From a virus (taxonomy: Duplodnaviria; Heunggongvirae; Uroviricota; Caudoviricetes): a DNA stretch of 64,000 nt. Numbering within the stretch: position 1 is the stretch's first letter; the number at the start of each line of letters is the position of its first letter. Position numbers and translations under genes: made by a program. Below are positions 37,847 to 45,696 of the stretch, piece by piece. The notes beneath the pieces were generated by a model. The model searched no databases and was not told where the DNA came from. It saw nothing but the letters and a program-made list of their open reading frames with translations. The DNA lies in IMG/VR virus record IMGVR_UViG_3300022753_000047. The stretch is one strand, 5' to 3'.

Positions 37847-38587
37847 TTAAGGCTGGCTGCCGTATGCGGGCATAGGTTTCAGTTTGTGCAGATTCTTTCT
37901 GTGAAGACCCTCGATCAAACGCTCGTGTCTCTCAATGGCACAACATCCATCCATGATGTATCTGTCGATTTCCTGATAGCTGACGCCGAGATTGTCCTCG
38001 TCTGTCTTGCCGCACAGGCCATCGGAAGGAACCTTATCAACCAGGTCTCTGGGAATGGGAAGCTCATGGCCGATTTCCAAAACCTCATGAACCATCAGAT
38101 TGGAAAGTGGGCTGAAGTCACCAACACTGTCACCAAACTTTGTGGAATACCCTACAAAGTCTTCGGAGCGGTTACAAGTATTGGCAACACGACCGCCCTC
38201 CGGCAGGGACTGAGCCACTGCATACAGAGTGGTCATGCGGATGCGGGGAGGAATGTTGACAACCGTCTGCTCGCTTACCTGCATAATACCGCTCAGCTCT
38301 TCCATCAGAGCAAAGACGGTGCTTTCAATGTTGACCACTTTGTAGTTGATACCGAGAGCTTCAACGAGGCGATGGCTATCATGAATATCAGACTGTTCAC
38401 CGTTCGGCATCAGAACACCCACAACACGATCCTTGCCAAGCGCTTCGACACACAGAGCAGCCACAACACTTGAGTCTTTGCCGCCGGAGATACCGACAAC
38501 AGCAGAGCAGTTCGGCCCGTTTTCGGCAAAGTAGTCTCTGATCCACTGAACGATTTCATCTTTCGTTCTCTTAGGGTTTGCAAGCAT
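37847..38587 (-). CDS. nadE: NH3-dependent NAD+ synthetase NadE
   Basis: PP-loop VVGISGGKDSSVVAAL. 246 aa. Confidence 0.8.
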   Translation of the reverse strand: MLANPKRTKDEIVQWIRDYFAENGPNCSAVVGISGGKDSSVVAALCVEALGKDRVVGVLMPNGEQSDIHDSHRLVEALGINYKVVNIESTVFALMEELSGIMQVSEQTVVNIPPRIRMTTLYAVAQSLPEGGRVANTCNRSEDFVGYSTKFGDSVGDFSPLSNLMVHEVLEIGHELPIPRDLVDKVPSDGLCGKTDEDNLGVSYQEIDRYIMDGCCAIERHERLIEGLHRKNLHKLKPMPAYGSQP

Positions 38588-38598
38588 AGCGACCCTCC

Positions 38599-40086
38599 TT
38601 AGAAATTGCCGTTGTGCAGATTATTTCTCACATCTGCCAGAGTGTACTTGGTAACAAACTCGCCATCTTCAAAGACGGGGACAAGTTCATTGTTATCCTG
38701 TGCCTGTGCCCATGTCAGACCGTCTTCATAAGCATAGCCGTCAGCGGTCTTATACACACGGCAGCAACCACGCTGAGATTTCTTGAAATGACCGGAATCG
38801 GTCTTGGGGTTCTTGAAAATCATAATGGGAGCGCCGTTTGCATCCTCAGCATAGGTGGCCTTGACGGCGATGCCGAATGTGTCACGGGTATAGGGGTTGT
38901 ACTCTGTTCGGAAGTCTGCAATGGTTTCCAGACACTGCATAGAGAACGAACCAACGCCCAAAGAAACATTGTTAATTGCAAACCCATTCCGCTCCAGGCG
39001 CTTATAGATTTCTTCGCATCTCTGTGGCGTAATGCTGTCGCCGTAGATGGCTTTCACATGAGGATTCAGCACCTTAAATCCCTTGCTGTTGACAGTGCCA
39101 CCGAAGATGTCCCACAGCTTAAACACGGTCTGTGTTACAACCTCAACAGGGTTGCCACTGTCGCCACGGATGGAGATAAATCCATCGTGCGCAAGGATTT
39201 CGTCCTTGAGCTGAGGAAGAATGTTATCCACCAGATTCCAGTAGTCGTAACTGTCGCTCACCATTGAGAAACTTTGGTGAGGATAGACCTCAGTCAGCAG
39301 GCGACGAACATGGGTGATTTCGTCTCCGTCGATGGCAAAGTTGGAACACATAACGCTGTGCTCAGTGGACAGGGCGCCAAAAGCAACCGGCTCTGTGGAA
39401 CTGTCACACAGGTAGTTGTCCTCCAACCAAAGGATGGCGGGAACAGTTGCCGTATTCAGAAAACTGAGGCAGAAAGCGGCAGAACTCTTGGTTGCACTCT
39501 CAACACTCTCCTGGCCACGCATAGAAAAATCGCCAAGGAGTCTTGCACGGGGCACGCTGTCATCACAGGTGCGATCAGCAAACTCATTGACGATCTGACG
39601 ATAACGATAACCGACTTCTGCGGAAACCTGCGTGTGCCACATGGTACAGGACAGCATGGTTTCAATGGAATTAACCAACCACACAAAGTCGGGATGTGTG
39701 TTGGAGATTTCGATCTGTGGAACCTTAATATCAGAGCGGGTTCCTTCGGGGAGTGCTCTGATTTTCAGAGGCAGATAACCGAGATTGTAGAGTTTCTCGA
39801 TGCGCTCCTCGCCAACACCGTTCGTGCCGATAGTGGCGTTGAGCACACGCTTGTACTCTTCCAGAACCTTGGGATAGGGCTTGTCAAAGAAGTTCTCATT
39901 GAACGCATCGATGAGATACTCCTGAATGAACGCCTGCAGACCAAAGAGAGTGATCTTCCCAGTGTCCTGGAGTCTGGACATTCTGGGCGTATAGTAGGAG
40001 ACCATTTTGGTCAGTCCCTTGGGGTACTGATCTGCGTGGGCGGTCTTGTAAAAATCCAGACACAGCAGAGGATTGTAATGTATCAT
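38599..40086 (-). CDS. nicotinamide phosphoribosyltransferase-family protein (NAMPT/NadV-like; alternatively a Namat-type enzyme)
   Basis: 495 aa. N-terminal DFYKTAHADQYPKG is typical of NAMPT. Confidence 0.7.
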   Translation of the reverse strand: MIHYNPLLCLDFYKTAHADQYPKGLTKMVSYYTPRMSRLQDTGKITLFGLQAFIQEYLIDAFNENFFDKPYPKVLEEYKRVLNATIGTNGVGEERIEKLYNLGYLPLKIRALPEGTRSDIKVPQIEISNTHPDFVWLVNSIETMLSCTMWHTQVSAEVGYRYRQIVNEFADRTCDDSVPRARLLGDFSMRGQESVESATKSSAAFCLSFLNTATVPAILWLEDNYLCDSSTEPVAFGALSTEHSVMCSNFAIDGDEITHVRRLLTEVYPHQSFSMVSDSYDYWNLVDNILPQLKDEILAHDGFISIRGDSGNPVEVVTQTVFKLWDIFGGTVNSKGFKVLNPHVKAIYGDSITPQRCEEIYKRLERNGFAINNVSLGVGSFSMQCLETIADFRTEYNPYTRDTFGIAVKATYAEDANGAPIMIFKNPKTDSGHFKKSQRGCCRVYKTADGYAYEDGLTWAQAQDNNELVPVFEDGEFVTKYTLADVRNNLHNGNF

Positions 40087-40313
40087 TTCTTCTTACCCTC
40101 TTTCAAATTTTTAGGAATGCCATATTTTGCAAAGTACAGGGCAAAGGCAAATGGTGCGGCAACAGGCCATAAAACTCCCATAACCACGCAATATCCAGCC
40201 TTGTCATGCCAACCTCTGCCATAGTCGCTGTCAGCGAAAATATACAGATAGTACAATGCAAATGTAACAAATGCACCAACGCAAATGTATAAAAGCATCA
40301 GCAGAAAAATCAC
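40083..40313 (-). CDS. small membrane protein
   Basis: 76 aa, 2 TM helices. Confidence 0.4.
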   Translation of the reverse strand: MIFLLMLLYICVGAFVTFALYYLYIFADSDYGRGWHDKAGYCVVMGVLWPVAAPFAFALYFAKYGIPKNLKEGKKK

Positions 40314-41515
40314 TCTTCGTCACCTGCCTTAAAGTTGTAGATAGGCTTGATGACTGCTTCGATTGTGACTGTAGGCTCGATGTTGTCAACAATATCGGAC
40401 ATATTCTTATATGCCATCGGACACTCGTCAAGCGTGCTCCTACCAACAGAAGTGGTGTAGATACCGTCCATCTGTTTCTTGAACTCGGACACAGTAAAGG
40501 TCTGCTTTGCCGCACTGCGGCTCATCAGACGACCAGCACCATGAGGAGCTGAACAGTTCCAGTCTTCGTTGCCCTTACCAACGCAAATCAGACTGCCATC
40601 TCTCATGTTAATGGGGATCAACAGCTTTTCACCTGCCTGCGCAGAAACTGCACCCTTGCGGAGGATCATGTTATCCACATCGATGTAGTTGTGAATGGTG
40701 GTGAACTGCTCAACAACATGGAAGCCCATCTCTTTTACGATGGTGTCCATCATAGCCTGACGATTGAGGTTTGCAAACCGTTGAGCAATACGCATATCAT
40801 GCAGATACTGCTCAAAAAGCTCGCCCTCCACATATGCAAGAGGCTTCGGAATAGGCGAATGCTTGGACTTCAACTGCTTGAGAACGCTCTGAATCTCTTT
40901 CTGACGGCCAGCAGCTTTCAACTCCTCGACCTTTGCATCAATTTCCTCTTTGCTGTACGAGGTTAATGCTTTGTATGCTGCTTCCTGATAGAAGTTAGCA
41001 ATTTCAAGGCCGAGATGACGGCTGCCGGAGTGAACTACGATGTATATGTTTCCAGCATCGTCTTGGTTTGCCTCAATGAAATGGTTACCACCGCCGAGCG
41101 TGCCAATGCTGCTGTATGCACGGTCGATGTTTACCTTTTTGGCGCAGCAAAGCTCTGACAGGTCGATATCCTTGGCAAATCGGTGTTCCTTTTTACGAAT
41201 CTCAAACCCGGATGGAATACCAGCACGAATTACCTTGTCCAACTTCTGCGGCTCGATATGCGCTTCCTTGATGCGGATCGTTTCCATTCCGCATCCGATG
41301 TCCACGCCAACGAGGTTGGGGCAAATCTTATCCTTGATTGTCATAGTGGTGCCAATGGTGCATCCTGCTCCGGCGTGAATGTCCGGCATCATACGAACTC
41401 GGCTGCCCTCAATATAGGGCTGGTTCAAAAGGTTAATTACCTGCGAAATCGACTCGTTGTCAACCACATCGGTAAACACCTTGGCAGTTGCGTATTTGCC
41501 CTGCAACTCAATCAT
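40310..41515 (-). CDS. rtcB: RtcB-family RNA 3'-phosphate ligase
   Basis: DIHAGAGCTIG, GGGNHFIEAN and SAPHGAGR motifs. Confidence 0.8.
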   Translation of the reverse strand: MIELQGKYATAKVFTDVVDNESISQVINLLNQPYIEGSRVRMMPDIHAGAGCTIGTTMTIKDKICPNLVGVDIGCGMETIRIKEAHIEPQKLDKVIRAGIPSGFEIRKKEHRFAKDIDLSELCCAKKVNIDRAYSSIGTLGGGNHFIEANQDDAGNIYIVVHSGSRHLGLEIANFYQEAAYKALTSYSKEEIDAKVEELKAAGRQKEIQSVLKQLKSKHSPIPKPLAYVEGELFEQYLHDMRIAQRFANLNRQAMMDTIVKEMGFHVVEQFTTIHNYIDVDNMILRKGAVSAQAGEKLLIPINMRDGSLICVGKGNEDWNCSAPHGAGRLMSRSAAKQTFTVSEFKKQMDGIYTTSVGRSTLDECPMAYKNMSDIVDNIEPTVTIEAVIKPIYNFKAGDEE

Positions 41516-41535
41516 AGGCTTGCCCTCCTTGAGAC

Positions 41536-42339
41536 TTACTGAATGACGGACACCTTCTCGTGCTCGCCACGGAAAATGCTTTCGGATGTGAACACATGGG
41601 TAATCAACCCATCTGTCAGAACTGAACCATCACGAATGGTATTTTCGCAATGGGTAACATAGAGGAAAATGTTTTCCGCACCAGCCTCTTTCAAAGCCTT
41701 TGCGGTGTGGGTAAATGTGCCACCACGGGAACAGATATCATCAACGATAAGGACGGTTCTGCCCTCGACTTTATCCGCACCAACCAGTTCGAGCTTCTGG
41801 ATTTTGCCAGTACGCCAATCTCTGTGCTTGATGCCGAACACATAGTCGCCCTGGATTTGGGAAGAGTACCGCTTCGATGCACCCTCATCGGGATAACAAA
41901 GCAGAATGTCCTGCTTACCAAAGGTTTCCCGGATATTCTTCATTACAAACTCTTCCACGCATCTGGTTACACCAATCGACTGGAAGCGGTTAATCAGAGC
42001 TTCAGACACACTGGAGTGAGGGTCATACGCCGTAACCGAGTCAAACCCCAGTGCGTTGATGAAGTCGGCAAACCACTTGAGCGTAAACACTTCGTCGCCA
42101 CTTTTCACCCTATCCATTCTGGCATTGGGGATATAGGGCATAATGAGGTTGATTTCCACGGAACGGTCTCTGTTTGAACGAATGTGGTTGGTAAGGTGCC
42201 AGACGAGAATACATTCGTGGTCACCATCATACAACCACTTAATATCATAGGTCATTGCCTTACCAGTGTCAAACCGGAATGAGGTTGTACCGTCGGGAAA
42301 AGAGGTAAAACTGACTTCCTTTCCGTTCACGAAAATCAT
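41536..42339 (-). CDS. ribose-phosphate pyrophosphokinase-family protein (Prs-like; possibly an ADP-ribose pyrophosphokinase)
   Basis: PRTase motif RTVLIVDDICSRGGTF. LIMPYIPNARMDRV compares with AVIPYFGYARQDRR. Shorter (267 aa) than canonical Prs. DPHS replaces DLHA. Confidence 0.65.
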   Translation of the reverse strand: MIFVNGKEVSFTSFPDGTTSFRFDTGKAMTYDIKWLYDGDHECILVWHLTNHIRSNRDRSVEINLIMPYIPNARMDRVKSGDEVFTLKWFADFINALGFDSVTAYDPHSSVSEALINRFQSIGVTRCVEEFVMKNIRETFGKQDILLCYPDEGASKRYSSQIQGDYVFGIKHRDWRTGKIQKLELVGADKVEGRTVLIVDDICSRGGTFTHTAKALKEAGAENIFLYVTHCENTIRDGSVLTDGLITHVFTSESIFRGEHEKVSVIQ

Positions 42340-42340
42340 A

Positions 42341-42904
42341 TTACGCCTCCCAGTTCTCGATGTTGATCTGGCACATCTTCATGGCAGCCAGCGCATTTGC
42401 ATGGCTCTCAGGAGTGACTCCAGCACAGCAGGCCGCATCAACAGACAGCTTGACTTCGGGCAGGAACGCCTTGATGAGCATGGCGTTGGAAATGACGCAG
42501 ATGTCAGTACACAGACCGACGAGCGTGATCTCTTCGATTGGATTTTTCTTGTTCATCTGAGCCAGCCAATCGGCAAGCTCGATGGAGCCAAAAGTGCCTT
42601 TCAGGAACACCTCGGCATCTTTGCCCTCCTTGGTGACCTTGGCATCGATAGCCTCATACACATCCTTGTGCAGTTCCCAGCCATCACTCAGATGACTGCA
42701 GTGGACAACGGGAAGCAGGCGACCTTCCTGAGTGTTGAGGTAATCCTCATAATGCGTATCATGCGTTACCGCATAAACGCCATCGAAGTTGTTGATTTTC
42801 TGGACAACATTGGGAACGATCTCCTGCGCTTCCTTAGAACCAAGAGCGCCAGAGATGAAGTCACCCTGCATATCCACGACTACGAGAACCTTCATTCTTC
42901 GCAC
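42341..42904 (-). CDS. isochorismatase-family hydrolase (nicotinamidase PncA-like)
   Basis: VVVDMQGDF (Asp) and GLCTDICV (Cys) catalytic motifs. Confidence 0.6.
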   Translation of the reverse strand: MRRMKVLVVVDMQGDFISGALGSKEAQEIVPNVVQKINNFDGVYAVTHDTHYEDYLNTQEGRLLPVVHCSHLSDGWELHKDVYEAIDAKVTKEGKDAEVFLKGTFGSIELADWLAQMNKKNPIEEITLVGLCTDICVISNAMLIKAFLPEVKLSVDAACCAGVTPESHANALAAMKMCQINIENWEA

Positions 42905-43079
42905 CTTCCTTTATTGATGTCGTCTTTATTTCGTTTGCGATTATACGCTTTCTTATTCGGAACAATCTGAGTAACGGGGCGAGCGCACGACCAGAAATTC
43001 CTGGACTTTTTCGCTTTCTGCTTTTTCTCATTCTTTTCTGTCATGTACTACACCTCCGTTATCAGACCCCTAATACCGT

Positions 43080-43175
43080 CCGCACGCCGCGCCTGTTGCA
43101 TCTGTAGCGGCGTGTGCATAAAGTGACACTCGCTTTTGCGAGTATTGTTCTTTTAGGGGCTAAAAGAACAATACG
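43080..43175. other. cluster of three adjacent hairpins
   Basis: GCACGCCGC...GCGGCGTGTGC (bulged). ACTCGC-TTTT-GCGAGT. A perfect 15-bp AT-rich stem GAGTATTGTTCTTTTAG-ggg-CTAAAAGAACAATAC at 43142-43174. No adjacent T-run. Confidence 0.5.
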
Positions 43176-43316
43176 AAGCAAAAAGAGTGAAGTGACCAAG
43201 GTCGTCCTTCTGCAATCTGCGAGAAGAAATTGTGTTTTTTGCTGAGGTTATATGTAAGACACAATCGATATCCACGGTATCAGAGTAATCTTAACTGCAG
43301 CCACGCAGTATCGATA

Positions 43317-43871
43317 TCAAAACAATGGAAGCAACTCTGCCAAAGCCCGGTCGATTTCGGCCTGTTCATTAGCCTTTTTCTTTGCGTCCTCGCTCTGCTG
43401 GATGGTCACATCAAGGATACACATAGACACCAGCTCCGTGACAGAAAACTCTTCCTCCGGTTCCTGATAGTCGCCTTCATCATTCGACTCGTCGGCAGGC
43501 TCCTCAAAGGGAAGCATATCGTCTTCATCGAAGTCACCATCTTCATCATCTTCGTCCCATCCGCCATAACGATCCATCCAGTCAAGGACATCACTCTTAT
43601 AGCGTTCAAAGTCATCATCATTGAGACCCGCATAAACCATGTATCCTTCGGATACATAGTAGTCATAGGAGCGATCAATGTCACAAAGACGGTCACGAAC
43701 TTCACGCCATCCCATACCGTCGGTGACAGCATTACAAATATCCTCATCGATCATATTGTCAAGATCGTCATCGTGGTAAATATCTTCGCAAACACTACAG
43801 TCTTCGTCGCTGCAAAACTCTAACAGATGCCACCATTCGATGATATTCTCAATGAAATCGTTCCTTGTCAT
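43317..43871 (-). CDS. hyper-acidic hypothetical protein
   Basis: 184 aa with long Asp/Glu runs (DEDDEDGDFDEDD..EEPADESNDEGDYQEPEEE). Confidence 0.45.
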   Translation of the reverse strand: MTRNDFIENIIEWWHLLEFCSDEDCSVCEDIYHDDDLDNMIDEDICNAVTDGMGWREVRDRLCDIDRSYDYYVSEGYMVYAGLNDDDFERYKSDVLDWMDRYGGWDEDDEDGDFDEDDMLPFEEPADESNDEGDYQEPEEEFSVTELVSMCILDVTIQQSEDAKKKANEQAEIDRALAELLPLF

Positions 43872-43895
43872 CTGGACACCTCCTCGATTTATTTT

Positions 43896-43986
43896 TGGCT
43901 GGGGTAGCAGGACTTGAACCTGCGGTCGAGGGTAAACCTCTTGTCGGAGTCAAAGTCCGATGCCTTACCAACTTGGCGATACCCCA
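43896..43986 (-). tRNA. tRNA, type II (long variable arm, G73); anticodon reads UUG by hand fold
   Basis: Acceptor TGGGGTA/TACCCCA. T-arm GCAGG-TTCAAGT-CCTGC. CCA encoded. Anticodon stem TCGGA/TCCGA with loop CTTTGAC. 20-nt variable region. Confidence 0.55.
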
Positions 43987-44144
43987 ATATTGATGTTCGG
44001 TTCCTGTCATTACACACGCACGACTCGCACCGGAGTCGAACCAGTTTCACCGAAAGCATCACCTATCAATGCTTACCAGCCGTGCAAATAATGGCAGATC
44101 AGAAAGGGATTGAAATCACCGCAGCCCAACACCAACTGCGGCAG

Positions 44145-44220
44145 TGGAGCTGGTGACAGGGATCGAACCCGCGACCCTCGGAGTACAAAACCGATACTCT
44201 ACCAACTGAGCTACACCAGC
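44145..44220 (-). tRNA. tRNA-Thr (UGU)
   Basis: Acceptor GCTGGTG/CACCAGC. D-arm GCTCAGTTGGTAGAGT. Anticodon loop TTTGTAC. T-loop TTCGATC. CCA encoded. 76 nt. Confidence 0.7.
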
Positions 44221-44533
44221 AGAAGAAAAGGGAGCCTAAACAGCGTGGTCGTTGCCTTACGCAATCACTGTTGCCCTCCAAACGGAGGTCTCAGGGGTAC
44301 TGGTTTGCTCCCTGCTCTACTATTACCCCTTGTTCGATGTGCTCACTGGCACCCCAGTGCAGGCACTGAGTTTGTTTGAAGCCATTTCCTTGGCAGGTCG
44401 AAGCTAACCTCGCCGGTCTTCACGCACCCGGTCTGCGCCCTGCTGACGGGACTGATCCCACATCTCGGGAGGAAGTGCGCACTTCAAGAGATGTCTGATA
44501 CCGTCGCCCCTGTACGCTGCCAGCTTTGGGAGC

Positions 44534-44609
44534 TGGAGCTGGAAATCGGAATTGAACCGATGGCCTGCACAGTACGAAGGTGCCGCTCTACCAACTGAGC
44601 TATTCCAGC
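44534..44609 (-). tRNA. tRNA-Thr (CGU)
   Basis: Acceptor GCTGGAA/TTCCAGC. Anticodon loop TTCGTAC. T-arm ATCGG-TTCAATT-CCGAT. CCA encoded. 76 nt. Confidence 0.7.
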
Positions 44610-44622
44610 AAATAAGTGGTGC

Positions 44623-45297
44623 TCAAATCGGCACCACTTTATTAAAGAGAGCAACGAACTGCTCATTTACCTGCTTGTCAACATGGTAATGGCCGAAATA
44701 CCACCTCTTGAACTTAAGCTCTGAATAGATACGCTCAAGAAAGCTCACGACCGGATCGTTTTCATACCATGGTGAGAGAAGCATTTGAACACTTCGAGGC
44801 GCACAGTGAGTGATGGCATAGTCAACCTTCCAATTTACCGCATCGAGACTGGATATGGCATACTCCATCTCTTCTCTGGATGGGATTTCTTCTTTCCACC
44901 AGGAAATATGCTCAATGCGATGCTCTTTGTCGATTGACCTTGCACCACCCATGACAAATATCTTCTTTCTGTCGATTGTCAAAACCTGACCTCTTTCCAG
45001 ATGATAAATGTCCGGTGCAATCTCTCGCACATAGCCGCCGAACTTCTTTTTCAGTGGCATACAACGGAGGATATCGAAGTTTTCATGGTTGCCATCAACG
45101 AAAAGCGTTACGAAATTCTTGTTTGATAGCCAATCTTGCCAGTATATCTCTCTGGCAGAGCCGTCCCACACAAGGCCAAAGTCACCACAAATAATGAGGT
45201 AGTCTTTTTTCGTTAGCTCTTTTTGTTGTGGAAAGTTCGTAGTGTTCAGTTTACTTATGTCGATATTGGCATGGGTATCGCCAGTGACATAAATCAT
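44623..45297 (-). CDS. metallophosphoesterase (lambda-phosphatase-like)
   Basis: GDTHAN...GDFG...GNHEN motifs. GGAGGTG RBS. Confidence 0.6.
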   Translation of the reverse strand: MIYVTGDTHANIDISKLNTTNFPQQKELTKKDYLIICGDFGLVWDGSAREIYWQDWLSNKNFVTLFVDGNHENFDILRCMPLKKKFGGYVREIAPDIYHLERGQVLTIDRKKIFVMGGARSIDKEHRIEHISWWKEEIPSREEMEYAISSLDAVNWKVDYAITHCAPRSVQMLLSPWYENDPVVSFLERIYSELKFKRWYFGHYHVDKQVNEQFVALFNKVVPI

Positions 45298-45696
45298 TCT
45301 GTCACCTCCGTATGGTTTGGAATACCTGTGATCTCATAGGATATAGGATCATGGCCATCTGGAGACACTGGGACTCAAGAGCTGAGGCTGATGAGATGCC
45401 TCTTGATTTTTTGTCGCCAAATGAGGGATTTGGATTGAGACTTTTGGCTGGGAATCAGGCGAAACCAGATTTCTGGGGGTCGGCGGGTGACCGAGGATCA
45501 CCGGCGAGCCGATCGGCCACCTGGCGGAAGCGTTCGACGGCGCATCCTGCTGCCGTCCGGCTGCCGCAGCACGCCTGCTGCAGGTGCCCTTCAGGCGCCT
45601 TCTCTTCAGGCTGTATCCTGCTTCTCAGCTATTTGTTACTCACACCATCGGCGATGAGCACCACATATTTGCGGTTATTCATCACAGGTATTTCAG

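Noticed and set aside
44000-44144. Complete tRNA or tmRNA at the T-loop-containing segment
   Set aside because: The T-arm and 3' strand are present, but no 5' acceptor, D-arm or tag-reading frame could be paired. No CCA or tmRNA 5' GGGG...3' CCACCA closure. Reported only as tRNA-like.
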